Origin: Geosiphon pyriformis uo1
Lineage: Eukaryota > Fungi > Glomeromycota
DNA length: 30,553 nt
Direction of reading: 5' to 3'
Assembly: GCA_016748015.1 (NCBI GenBank)
Contig: JAAOMT010000514.1
Span: 1 to 30,553 of the forward strand
Below, in pieces: positions 1 through 13,104 of this stretch. Every line of letters begins with the position of its first letter. The first letter of the stretch is position 1. The notes beneath the pieces were generated by a model. The model saw nothing but the letters and a program-made list of their open reading frames with translations, was not told the origin of the DNA and did no database searches. A program made the translations under genes and the position numbers.

Positions 1-494
1 CATATAAAATTTTTATTTTTTTGGATTGAAATCAATCTGATGTTAATGAAAAACAATGCACGTTATTGATACAAACTTTTGCATTCAATTAAGGCAGTTA
101 AGCCTTTTTTTTTGAAAATTTTAAAATTTGTGTTTTGTTTAATTAATAGCATTAAAATAACAAATCTTAATCTATTTGTAAACATTATACTTTCGGTTTT
201 TGTTATTTAAATTACATATATAAGTAAACCAAACTTTTTCAAAGCATATCTCAATTCAATAAAAAATAGCAGGTCATATATTTTCTAATCATCAAAGTGG
301 CTTATTGAAAAGAAAAAAAAATAGAATAGCCATAGCAAATAGAAAGTCAATATTAAAAATATTAGATAAGCAACATTCATGAATAGAAAACGAGAAAAAA
401 GGGTTAGCAGAGCAATTAATGACAATATTATAAAATAAATTGATTATTACTTAGTAAGAAACTGACTGGTAAAAAATTACAAAATAAATGATAT

Positions 495-2362
495 TTATTC
501 TAACTCAGGCATCCTTAACACATCACGGACCTTTGTTTCTTTAGTTCTAAGTACAGATTGATTAATTTTTTCCGTCAACGCCTCCTGCTTTATCATTTCA
601 TCCTACAGAAAAGATACCACCATATAAATCACCAGAAATAAAAGTATGGTCAGATACCTAATCTAAACACATACATGAAAGATAGCCATCATCCTGAGGA
701 CAGCTTTATATTGGCTCCGGGCATTAAAACTGAAAGGTATTGTGGCTGTAGCAAGCTCTGTTACAAGAAAATATCCATCAGGAAGCATGCTGAGAGCATA
801 AAGGGTAAGTTGATTGTCTGAAGTGATGGGAATGGAATATTAGAAAATACAACCTCTTAACATAAACCATATACCATGCACTTACTTATTGACTGGATGC
901 TAAAAACCTAATCTTCACTGCAAGTTTCACTTCGCAATCGAGGTGGTCCCGTAATATTGCGATTAAATTCAGAATATCAGTCCAGTGTTTTCTTTGAGTC
1001 ATCTAAGGTGTGCTTCTCACTTGCATTATAAGGAGGGCCTGCAACTTCCATGTGCCAAATATCTAATTCATCATAGGATCTTGTTGCCTTAATATCCACT
1101 GCACAATCCCAGAATTGTTTGATGACTTCATTATTTTTGCAGCGCGAGCTTGCGATTCGATCCAATCGAATTCAAGGTTAAGAAAAGTTCTTTCATAATA
1201 TTTAAATAAAGAGGATACTTGATATACTATGTGTTTTCGTTCCCCTATTTTTCTGCTCATTGTAGGATTGACATCTATAAGGTGGTAACTAAATGAAAGC
1301 AATTATTGGTATCTTCTTTGATATTAATATACAAATAGATATTAATGTTTACAAGTCAGTGAGAACTTTTTCACAATAAAGTCTAAAACGCTCATCTCCA
1401 TCCCCTGACAATTTAGCTTGGACTTTAGTTTTGTAATTATCCATTGTTTCTTCGAAGATAGCGTCAAGATACTTCTCCAAGGCAGGTGTTCATACAGCAG
1501 GATTAATATGACGCATAGAGGACACCTCCACAGCAAGTTCCTCTCCAATTTTTGATGACAACTCCTCAATCGTCTCCCCAGATGCACATACTATAGAGAT
1601 GTCTTGGATAAATCTATCATATAAAGAGAGCAAAGTTAAGAATCTCTTATTGTAAAGTGATACGTAGCAGGTAGAAAAACGGGATTTACTGCTGAAGTTC
1701 TTCCTTCTCATATGGTCGCTTATTGGGAGTTATTTTCAATGGCGTTAAATCTATGAAAGTTTGAGGTGGAGTTTTGGGTGCAGGCGGAAGAATAGGCAGA
1801 ACAGACCCTGATTGCAAATGGGCTTGGAAGATATCAGTTTTTGCGTTAAGGCATATCACATCCTGCAGGTGATAATATGTGAGTATTCCGTTCGAAACGA
1901 GTGTGCATACATCCATACTAACCCACCTCAGCAGTGCTGTGAATGTTAACCGATAGCTTACACGCTTTTTTGTTTCGAAGAATGTGGCACATGTTCCTGC
2001 TATTGCTACTCCCATATTAGACTATAATTATTCGAGTTTTTGTATGAGTTTTGGGTTTTATGTATTAATCAAAAATTGCAATAATACCGCACCTTCAGCC
2101 ACGTAATGTAACTGTTACAGAAAGCTCTGATTGGATTAGGCGTAACCGCAAGTTGATTTTTTTGAGCTAAGCTATCAGTGAAAAAATTGCAATATTGAAC
2201 GAAGTCAAGCTCCATCCCGGTTTCAGATATATACACGGTATATTCTTGAATACATTAGGTAGATGCTTTCCGACTCTTGAAGTAGTCCTCGACATAATTC
2301 ACATCTGGAGTACAAAGATACTCGAAATGTCTTGTCGAAGAAAGGCGTGGTTCACGTTCCAT
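495..2362 (-). pseudogene. Multi-exon pseudogene of an uncharacterised fungal protein family (possible PD-(D/E)xK/REase-like C-terminal domain)
   Basis: Hand splicing links the short ORFs through GT-AG introns: MEREPRLSS...YVEDYFKSRKAST*CIQEY...ITWLK | SNMGVAIAG...LLRW | DVICL... | ...LEKYLDAIFE...FRLYCEKVLTD | YHLIDV...RKIGERKH...FDWIE...VDIKATRSYDELDIWHMEVAGPP...TDILNLIAILRDHLDC... | NQLTLYALSMLPDG...YKAVLRMMAIFH | DEMIKQE...VRDVLRMPELE* (TAA 495-497). Lesions: TAA at 2255-2257, TGA at 1490-1492, frameshifts near 1100, 980 and 910. The fold assignment is inferred from the D...E-V-A-G spacing only. Confidence 0.8.
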
Positions 2363-2628
2363 AGCAAAAATTTTATCTAACTGTTTCGTTGCTTCCTGGG
2401 GTAGTTTGATACGTCATCAAAAATTGGAGAGGAACTTGCTGTGGAGGTGTCCTCTATGCGTCATATTAATTCTGCTGTATGGACACCTGCCTTGGAGAAG
2501 TATCTTGACGCTATCTTCGAAGAAACAATGGATAATTACAAAACTAAAGTCCAAGCTAAATTGTCAGGGGATGGAGATGAGCGTTTTAGACTTTATTGTG
2601 AAAAAGTTCTCACTGACTTGTAAACATT
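1344..2628. repeat. 216-bp near-perfect inverted repeat (arms 1344-1559 and 2413-2628)
   Basis: The arms are reverse complements with 2 mismatches by eye (TGA/TGG and CCT/TCT codons). The same peptide appears in ORFs 1342..1587(-) and 2406..2636(+). Confidence 0.95.
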
Positions 2629-3758
2629 TGAAATGACTAGCACAATCTTCTAATCTTAATCTTATTGAATATTGACTAATCACAATATTCACATGCAATA
2701 TTTTACCAATAAAATGGGATTGACAGAAAAAACTGCTGATAACTTATATTGTCTAATTTGCATTTAATTCAGCACATAATAAATTTTAATTTTAATTAAC
2801 ATGTTAAATATGGTATCAATAAATCATTTTAAAAAAATACTAGATAATTAAAAAAAGATGGTAAAAAAAAAATTCAAAGCTTAGTATAAAATATTTATAA
2901 TCACAAAAAAATAAAAATCAAGTTAGATAATCATTATTTTTGCTAAACATAATTATTTGATTAGTTTCGTTCTGCTTTTTTCAAGATTATTCAACACACT
3001 CAATTCTCAAGAAGAAAGGAATTTTTATCTGAACGACAAATACTAACCATCTCACTTTACCCGAGTTTTGGTTTATTTTTCTGGTGACACTTAAAATTGC
3101 ATTAAATTGTAATAGTGAAAGCATTGATATTATATCATTGTATGTTTACTCGCTACTAATTTTTAGATAGTTTAAATATTGATAATTATTCTCTATATAA
3201 TATAGCATACCATTTATATTCGTTCTCCTAACTTAAATCTTTCCTCTACTTTTAAATTCATCTATTGTTTTCTCTCTTATTCAATTGTTTTAACTTATCG
3301 AATACTCTTTGCTCTCTTTTTTGTATCAAAACTTATCCGGTAGTTATTAATTTTATTAAAATATTATTGTAATCAGAGTAGAATTGTTTAAAATTATTTT
3401 TCCTAAACTGTAACATGGTTAGTTATCAAGTCCTTTTTGTATTGGGTTATCAATGTAAAATAGTGAGGAAAAAATCGCCATAAAAATAGGAATTTTACTA
3501 AAGGTCAGACGCAACACATATATCAATCGAGCAAAATTAAACAAAAGTAATGATCTTTAACGAATTCCATTTGTAAAATTTGTAATACTTTCGTCATAGG
3601 CATAGTGATATATAGTAAGTTGCAGAAAGAATAATGCTAGGTGTGGAGAATTGAGATGATAAATAATAAAAATAAAATTTTTGTGTCACACAGTTTTATA
3701 TAAATACTCAAAAAGAAACACGAATTCAAACACCATACCTTATTTACCACAATCTCAA

Positions 3759-4398
3759 ATGTTAACAACACCAATTATTATTTTTATATTAATTTTAGAA
3801 ATATTGAATCAAATACAATTGATATGCGCATTTGATAAAAATCTATCTGAATTGGTGAAATTAATAGGAGAAAATTTTACTAATGAAATTTTTTCCTATC
3901 ATAGACGGGTACCCAGTATGAAGATAAATAATTTAGAAAAATACTCTAGAAATATATTAAGTGTAAGTTAATATATTCTTAATTGAATAATTTATTATAA
4001 TTATATTAAATTAACTTATTTAATTTATATATATATAGAAAAAAGGAAGAGATTTTAAGTTCGCAATTTTAGAAGAAATAAAAGGAGTAAACAAAAATAA
4101 ATTAAGATTATATTGTGAAAAAAATTATTAATGGGTTTGTTAGTATTAAATTATATTTAAGCATAAAAAAAACTTATTTCTAATAAATATTTTACGTTTC
4201 TAAAGTTATAACTCAGTTGATTTATTTCCAAGACCTTCAAGAAGAAGAATTGGAAAAAGAAAATTTATCATAAATCGTATCGTTTCTTTGTTCAAGTTTT
4301 ATGAAACACCATTTAGAATCTTGAAATTTGACTGGATAAAAGTGCATACCCCGTTAGCTGATTCTAAAATTGTATCAGTTGATATTAAAGGTAGTTAG
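3759..4398 (+). pseudogene. Truncated, divergent paralog of the 495-2362 gene
   Basis: Spliced: ...LSELVKLIGENF...LEKYSRNILS | (intron 3963-4038) KKGRDFK...KLRLYCEK(frameshift in A-run)IING | YNSVDLFPRPSRRRIGKRKFIINRIVSLFKFYETPFRILKFDWIK...IVSVDIKGS*. This aligns block by block with IEELSSKIGEEL...LEKYLDAIF...FRLYCEKVLTD / RKIGERKH...SLFKYYE.TF..LEFDWIE...IV.VDIK of the left gene. Confidence 0.8.
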
Positions 4399-4399
4399 T

Positions 4400-7300
4400 T
4401 TCAAAACTTTTCAATTAGAATATCTCATAAATAGTTTAATTTTACCAGAGCTTAATCTTTTTGGAGAGAATAATGTTATAGTTCAAAGCCATTGTTTTTA
4501 TTAATTATTACATGTATTAGCCACCTTATTTTTAGAAAGTAATTAATAATCTGGTTATTAATCTGATTGTTGACCTAATTATTAACCTGATCAAATAGCT
4601 TGATTGTTAACCTAATTAATAATCTGATTGTTGACTTAGTTATTAATTTAGTTATTAATCACTTTAAATAGCTATATAAGTAATGTATTTCTCAGCTATA
4701 AAAAAGCATGTTTCAATATATAAAACATATATGAATCAAAGTAATAAAAATCACTTTTAAATATCCAATCTTTTTCAATTTGTTTATTTTTCTTTTTTAA
4801 ATTTCCAGGTATTTAAATATCTGTGAATAAAAAATTACTTGTTGGTATTTACTTAGAGCTATTAGTCTTGAAAATTAATTAATAAATGTTACTAAAAAAT
4901 ATAATTAATACTTGATATTGAATTCTAAAAGTGCTAATATGAAATATAGAAATATATTAATATGTTATCTTTTGTTAACAGTACAGATTATTCTTCTATC
5001 TTCAAATTTTTTTGTTATTTTTAGAAAAAATAGCAATTAAAATATTTATGAAACTGATCTTACATATTAAATTTATACTAATTCAAACATTTTTTGAAAT
5101 TGAATTCTTTTTTTATTAATTTTATTACAATATAATTTTGTTTTACTTTACAATTTATTAGTTTGTTATTTTAATCTGTAATATTATAATGATCATTAAT
5201 AATGAAATTTTTTTTATAAATTTATTTTTAGTAAACAAAAAAATTATACTGTACAGTATTTTACATGTGTCTCTTGTGTTATTAATAAGACATATATTTA
5301 AAGTAACAATCTGAGTTTCTTTAAAACATAACAACATTTTGTTTTTAATTTATAAATTTGTTTTTCCAGAATTGTGATAATATATATTATATTGTTTTTT
5401 GCTTCCAATTTTATTATTTTAGTATTATTAAAGTTATATGATTGTATATTAGATCTATATAGAACTAGATTATTTTTTGTGTTCGTCTATTACAAGAATA
5501 ACCAGTTTAGAACATTTAACACAATCTTATATATTATAATTAGAACTTTCTAAATTTTCCAAATCTGTGTTTTTTTATTTATGCTTGCTTAAACGCTTCA
5601 TAATACTGTATATTTGTATTATGTTTTGAACTGCTTTTTTGTCAAAATCTATTTTTTTTGCCTCTATTTTACATATTATAATGTTATCTAAAATAACTAT
5701 ATAATTTATAAAATTAAAGTTATAACTTTTATTAAGTTTATCTTTAGCTTTAAGTAGAAGAAGTAATTTAATTACTTATAAATACTTTATAGCTGTATTT
5801 AAAAATAGAGAGATAAAGTTTTTACACATTATTTTATTACTTATTACTTTGCTAAATACATTTGTATTTTTTAAAAATTTATTTATAAGCAATTTTAAAG
5901 TATTATTGCTGATTTTTACTTTTTTAAATTCATTTAAGTTTAGTTAAAAAGCACTGTCACGTTATAACCAACTGCTTTTATGCAAAATGTTTTGAAAAAT
6001 ATTTTGCAAATCCTATTTTTCATATGTTTTTTTACTCTTAATTTATATAAATAAGCTAATTTAGCGTTTATTATTATTATTAATTAGAATATTATGTTAA
6101 TTTGAAACGTGTTAATTATTTGTTATTTAGCTGGATTTTTGACCACAAAAAAAATTTAAATTTGTTTAGTAAAGAAAATTGCTTAAGAACAACATACAAA
6201 ATATGTTAAAGTCTATTAAAATACAACCATTGTTGTTTGCAGCAAATTATGATTATACAGTCATAAAATAGATAATAAATAACAAAAATAACTTAGTTGT
6301 AGTATAAATAGATATGATAAAATTTTTTTGAAAGTAGTTGTGTGCAGTTGTTAAACAAAAATTGTATTTTACTTGATGAAATAAAGAAAAACTTTTTTAG
6401 AAATGTTTTTTTAATGCAAAAAACAAGATGTAACAAATTAAGTATGTTAAAAGCATCTACTTTAATAGAATTAATTTGATTTTCAAAAAAATTCACAGTC
6501 AATTTAATATTGAACAGACTTTTAAAAATAATTTTTGTTACTCAAAGTAGAACGTCAATTATATTTACTAAACATACAGCAGTTCAAAATAAAAAATAAT
6601 ATTAATTAGAAATAAAGTTTATATGGTCTATTGTTCTTTTTTTTGTTTGTTTGTTTTAAAGTAGTTAAATTACAAATTTTTATAGTAGAAAATTACAAAT
6701 TTTGGATTAAAATGTGTGTTTGTGTACTACAAATACTGTTAACAAATAAAATAATAAAATAAATTGCTTGTTTATATTTTTTGCATTATGAGAACAATTA
6801 TGTTTTAAAAAATAAATATACATTAAATCAGATTATCTGATTTTTGCCATTGTATTCTTTATAATATTTTATAATATTATGTATTTACATAACTTTTTGT
6901 ATTTTAAAAACAAGAACAATATAAATTTTGTAATTTTAAGAAACAAATAAAATTATAGAAATTTGTCTGATAATAATTCAAAAATAATAAAGAAAACAGC
7001 TATTTATTTTAAATTTTTTAAATTTTTTGTTTTTTTCTTGGTTTAACATAAGTTGGTGGTAGTGTTTATTTATTGTTTATTCGTTTTTATTCTTTTTGGT
7101 AAATTTTATAAATGATTTTTTTTTTATCTAGATATTCCTAAAAAGTTTGAATATCATTAATTTTAAAAACATATGGAGCGATATTATTTTCTTAAGTTTT
7201 CTTTAAAATACTTCTAATAGTGCTATAATCCTTTGGTTTTATGGTGGATTTGATGTAAATTAATTTTTATATATATTATTTTTATATAGACATAATCTTA

Positions 7301-8000
7301 TTCTGCTATGATAATAATTTAAACTGTGATTTACATAAATTTGTTTATAGGTTACAACTATGATAATCAAAATGTTATTAATTAAATTAATTAACTTTTA
7401 ACCACATCAGTCTTTCAATTAGTTAGATAATAAAATATTCACTTTGCTTGGTTTTTGTCGCAGTTTGCCCAAATAAAATAAAATAAAATTATATTTTATA
7501 TTTTTATAAAACATAATTTTTTTTATAATTATTTTTTAATGCCAATATTTTTTAAAATTTGATTATAAAATATATAAAATATATAAATATATATAAATAT
7601 ATATATAAAATAATTTCAAAGTATATATTAATAAATTTGATGGTATTTAAAAAAATAAATAATATTTTAATTTAACAAAACCAAAATAAAAATTATATAA
7701 ATGATAACAGAAAATTAAATTAAATAAAAAAAGCAGAATATTCATGATAAGTTTAAGATAAAATTTTGAATATTGTATTTATATGATTTGGAGTTATAAC
7801 CTATTAAGTTAGATTTTTAATATTTGCGAATGAAAATATGTGTTATATTATTTCTAAAAATTAATTATAATAATGTTTTGAAATTACTTTTCAGAAAAAA
7901 ATGAATACTTGGATAATATTAATATTGTAGAAAAAGAAGTTTTTACAATTTATTCATGAAAAATTAACCAGAAAAAGTATAAGACAATTATCAGTTCATA
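4400..8000. other. Extremely AT-rich, CpG-depleted decayed repeat block (element type not identifiable)
   Basis: CG dinucleotides are very scarce and there are no credible ORFs. Stretches such as 6180-6480(+) read like stop-riddled coding relics. Confidence 0.45.
4544..4660. repeat. Degenerate ~12-bp tandem repeat (AAYCTGRTTRTT-like)
   Basis: Recurrent aatctggttatt / aatctgattgtt / gacctaattatt / gacttagttatt units. Confidence 0.6.
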
Positions 8001-8333
8001 ATGTAAAGCTGCAGATTAAAACACTTTCAAATTGACCTGCACAATTACCAGATATTAAATTAGAAATTGGTAGCTTTTGGTAGAGACTGTATTTATTTCA
8101 AAGTCTGAAACCTCCAATTCAATGATAACTTTGATTTCTGAATCTTTTCAAATCAAATTAGCTTATTTTAAAAGTTTCAGCTTTATCATGGCTTAATGAC
8201 CATAATATTTTCAAATTGGTTGGACAAAATTTGTTTTTCGTGTTCATTTCCCCCCCCCCTCCCCCAATATATCAAATATCATGCTTTCGGTAAAAAATTA
8301 TTATAATTCACGTGACTGAGGTTGAAAATTAAA

Positions 8334-9801
8334 ATGAATTACTTTTTCAATTATTTTGCCAAATGTGTTCTTTATAATTTTGTTCTTTCTGTTCTTGAAT
8401 TTAATACCTGTTCTTCGTTCCCAAACAATAAATATACCTATTAAAATCCAAGAAAAGGTGTTGTTTAATGAGTATTTAGTAAAAGAACAATCCTACAATA
8501 AAACTCAACTATTATCTTCTTTTAAACAAAATCAATTTGTTAATGAATCAATTCAAAAAAGAAATCCACAAATTTTTCTTAATAGACCAGCCGCTGACCT
8601 TTATAATCAGTTAGTTGCAATAAAAGGAGATAGCGTAGATGTAACGTTTGTTAAAAAGACAGTGGAAGATATAGATATTTTGCAGGTATTGGATTCTGCG
8701 GCAAAATTTTCATGGATGGTATCATGTCAACAAGTTTTAAATAACAGAAAAAACTATTTGGTTGGTAAAAGACAAAAAAAGTTTGGGGTTAGTAAATAAT
8801 AATCCTTTCTTGAAGTTCATTATTAATTCTTAAAAAAAACCCCCATTTAATTTTATTTAATAAATCAATATTTTTTTTAAAACAGCAATATTTTCAGAAA
8901 AAACGATTGCTTTTAATACTCCAGAGTATGATTTTGATTATTTCACATTAGTTTCAAGCAATCGTAGATGAGGTACCATTTCTTACCCTCACGTAGAATA
9001 TGGTTTGGTGACCGAAGTTTTTTATCAATGTTGGGAAACCTGTAAAACTTGGTTCTGGGAGAAATTGAGAATTTTTGAAGAGAAAAACAATTTAAAAGAT
9101 CAATTGAACCAATATACATTTACAGGTTTTGGAATTGGAGCTGGTAAATAAAAATTTATATTCATTGAAAAACTATTGTGGAAAGAAAATTCTAAAATTT
9201 ACAATTTTGTGGTATTTGCTGCACTTGAATATAAAAGGGAATATATAAAAGCATCAATAACTCTTATTACATTCGGACAACCGAGAATTGGAAATAATCA
9301 ATTCATCTATTATATCGAACTCTTGGTGAAACTTTGGAGAGTAACTTATTGTGACGACTGGGTCCCTAATTTCCAATTGAAGATATTGATCATAAAAAAA
9401 AGAGGCTTAGTAATAAAGCTTTTAGATCTCCTATATAGACATTTTAGAAAAGAATTCTGTTTAGAACCTTCATGCGATTGTGCAAACCCAAAAATTTATT
9501 TATGTTATCACACGGTGACTTTAGATGAGAATGAGGTAATTTTCTTTGTTCTTTGTTCTTTGTGCTTTCTGCTTTCTGCTTTTTTTTTGAGTTTCACAAA
9601 AAAATCAAATTTATCAATATGATTAAAAAATATTATCAAGAGTTGCAATGGAAGAAATCATCCTTATAAAACAACATATCATACAAGTGGCTGGGAAGAT
9701 TCAATGAAATATTATAAACACATGCTGATAATCAGCATCTAGGTCCATATTTAGGGCATACAATGTTTCAAGATTGTTTTACAACAAAAGTACCTTTGTG
9801 A
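8334..9801 (+). pseudogene. Class-3 lipase-like pseudogene (copy L1), elbow GFGIGA
   Basis: Hydrophobic N-terminus and SAAKFSWMVSC. Exon 2 reads IAFNTP...NRR*(TGA 8969-8971)...YPHVEYGLVTEVFY...YTFTGFGIGA with a GT donor at 9144. Exon 3 reads VFAALEY...ITFGQPRIGNNQF...WRVTYCDDWVP...YRH...CDC...DENE. Exon 4 reads SCNG...(frameshift)NQHLGPYLGHTMFQDC...* (TGA 9799-9801). The ATG at 8334 is out of frame and the intron-2 acceptor looks damaged. Confidence 0.88.
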
Positions 9802-10853
9802 CAAAAAACTTTGAAAGGCATCCTTTTCGGAACCAAATAGAGGTTGTTTTTCTTGAAAATTTTCAAAAGATACAAGTAAATAAATTTGTCTTATTATTTG
9901 TAATTTAAAACATGAGTCGATTTTTAAAATTTATTTATATTTTAAGTTTGTAATTGTATGAATTTTGTCTTTTTTATTTTTATATTTTGAAATCATTTGC
10001 TTCAATCGAAATTTCTTTTTTGCTGTTAATACTAATATAAATATGTTGCAATTTTCAAACAATGAGCTTTGCTTTGATTTGATTACATGAATTTAACACC
10101 TCGAAGTTATATATATTTTCATCAGAGAAAACCAAAAAAATTAATGATGCCAATTGTTAATTCTAATCATAAACTAGAAAGTTATACATGTATTAAAAAT
10201 AAAAATTTGGTAATAAATGCTTTTCAAAATGTCTTGTGCATCATATCATACTGTATGTATACGTAATTGAATTCTATTTGTTTGCACCGCAAATTTCGGA
10301 GGAAAAATAACTTTTTAGTTTTTCTCATTATAAAAACTTGGACATATTCTAAATGTAGCAAGAAACGATAATAATTTCCAGCGATCCAAAAAAGTACATT
10401 TTTACCTTATAAATGTAAAGCCTTGAAAGTTTTCTTACCGATTGTTTTACTTATTATAGGTCCACTTTGATTCCAAGATCAAAAAATAGGAATCGTTTCC
10501 AGATAAGGAATAGACATGGAGGAAATTTATCTAATGATAAATTATTATCATATTTAAAATCAAGAATTCCAGAAATTTTTCTTTAAATATAATAGGAATT
10601 TAATCAATGTCCAAACATTTGGTCATCTCACGATGCGATGTTAACTTTGAAACTTTTAACATGTTTTTGTTTTGGAAAATTATTCAAAACGATAAGATTG
10701 ATGAAAATATTTGAAATTTTAAGAATTTCTAATAATAAATAATTAGAAAGCTCTCCTGATTCTTTAGATTCGAAAAATTATGTTTAAAAAAAAAAGATTT
10801 CTTTGACTAGAAATATCAGATGGCTTTTGAATTTTAGAAAGTCTTTCAAACAC

Positions 10854-11223
10854 ATGATCCTCATGGAATTAACATTTCTGATTCTTTTCTTTATTTTACC
10901 CTTCTTTTTATCTCGTCGACCCCTATTGGGATCAGGTTCGAAATTTATACAAATCTCTTTAATAAGAAATCACACAATACTTGATCATCCTATAAATCTT
11001 CAGCAAACTTTGCTATTTCCAAAAATTAAGACGCAAGATTTGGAAGTTTTCAAAACAGATAGCATCAAAGAAAAAAATAAATTAGAAGAAAGATATACTG
11101 AGCATTCTTTTTTTGTTAAAAGTCAAGTCAAAAATAATGAACTTTTAAAAATGCTTTCTAAAAAAGCAGACTTGGCATGGAAAGCACACTGCTATTTAGC
11201 CGAAAAACGTTTTCAAGAAAAAA
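10854..11223 (+). pseudogene. Exon 1 only of a lipase-like paralog (copy L2), cut off by the decayed TE block
   Basis: Signal-like MILMELTFLILFFILPFFLS. KKADLAWKAHC matches EKAELARKAFC of the intact gene. A GTAAGT donor at 11224 sits about 10 codons after the Cys, as in the paralogs. No downstream exons were found. Confidence 0.72.
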
Positions 11224-13104
11224 GTAAGTAATTAAAATGAAATTTTCAAGTGATAGAATTTCAAGTTCTAGTACTAATACAACTAATTATTATAAGTTAT
11301 TAACTTATGTATTTTAGTACTTAATGTATACTTAAGTAGAAGGTGTATTCTATATTGATAAGAAGTATATTTTGTGAATTGTAATTTAAGAAGATTTATT
11401 CGAAATATATTTTTCAGAATCATTACAAATGTAAACATTATAATATTAGTTGTTAAGTTTTAGATCTTTTATTAATTTTTACATCTGGATATTTCTATTT
11501 ATATTATTAGAATACAATTCTTTGAATTATATTAAGTAAAAATATTTAAGCATAAATCAATAGAAAATGCAAATAATAGAGAATTACAAATCAACAACTT
11601 ATATTAGCCTTCTTAAAATTATAAACTTGATAAATTTTTAATTAATTAAAAATTGCAATTGTTGAAAATTAAATTATTCTAATCCACATTTAACTTTGAA
11701 TCCAAAAGTCTTTATCTTCTCAAAAACGCGTATGTAAATAAATGCTAATAAGAGCAAACCAATTTTTTAGATAATTATATAAAGCGATTTCTGATTTGAT
11801 TTATTTGTCTTGTGATCAATAATAATTTTAATATGACCTTTTTCAACTGGAATTGTAAAAAATATTTGATCTTGAAATGCTTTCAATACTTTTTTTTATT
11901 GTTAAGTTTGATAGATTTGTAACCAGACACAAAAGTTCAATTAGGTCAACAAATTACCACCATTAGATATTTTAGTTTGATAACAATGTTAGAAATTTGT
12001 ATTAGAAAACAAATAATAAACTTTCTTTGCCTGCATAAATGCTTTTTTTCTTAGGAGAATTCAAAAAAAAATGAATAAATGTATGAAAAACTCAAAAATA
12101 TCTACCTTTTTTAAATTTTTACGAATTCTCTTAATGACTTCATTATTATACAAAATTATTATCAATAAAATAATTTTTATACTGTTGATTAAATATGCTT
12201 TCAAAAACATTTATTGTAATAATTCTATTATCTAGCTTTACATAAGAATTTTTTGCAGAAATATTTTGCTTCAGTTTTACTGATTTTTAAATAAAATCTT
12301 ATTATTTCTGTCTCTGTAAATTTCAATCTTTAATTATATTTTAGACTTAATGAATTGTAAAATAGTGTTTAAAATGTCAATAAAATTGTTAATATTTTTA
12401 GTTAAAAGAAAATCTATCATTGTGATAATTATGTTTAATTAATAAAAATAATGAAATATTATTTTTCCAACAAAGTCAATCACACCATCTTAGCTTATAA
12501 TTATTATTAAAATTTTCCTAAATTTTTAACTTTTAAAGATATAATAAAACAGAAGCTCTTAATTTATTAGCTTAATAAATCTATAATATTTTATTTTTAA
12601 ATGTTAAACAAAGATTTGTAATTCAATTAGCTACAAAAATCCTCTCTTTAATTTTAGAAATTTTATTTCAGATTGATTTTTATTTTTATAATACTTAAAT
12701 TTAGAGCCATTTAAAAGAATCTTGAGCGGTTTAATAAATATTATATTTCTTAGCGATAATTTTGTAACCAAATAATTTTCTGAAGTGAAAAGTTTTTTCA
12801 TTGTGAAATATTTAAAAGCAAATAATTAAACCTAATCCGAAATAGAAGATTGGGTTATTGGCTTTCCAAATTATTAAAAAGTTGATTCTATATTCAATTG
12901 ATCAAAAATATTATTAAAAGAGCTAAATATTCAAGGAAGTAGGTAAAAAAGTATAAAATCTTTTTTATAATGTTAATTGACTATTTAAACAACCAATATT
13001 TTCGCATTAATGGTTGAATATTTTTGAAAAACCATTTTCATTTTGATGATATATTCAAGATAACCTTGAACCAATTATAAATAATAAACAATAATATTAA
13101 TAAT

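Noticed and set aside
3759-3830. Apparent signal peptide MLTTPIIIFILILEIL on ORF 3681..3971
   Set aside because: The hydrophobic run ends in TTTTAG at the position where the paralog has a probable intron acceptor, so it is likely a translated polypyrimidine tract.
8249-8316. Poly-C tract and CACGTG upstream of L1 as regulatory sites
   Set aside because: Not seen upstream of the other paralogs, and there is no functional evidence.
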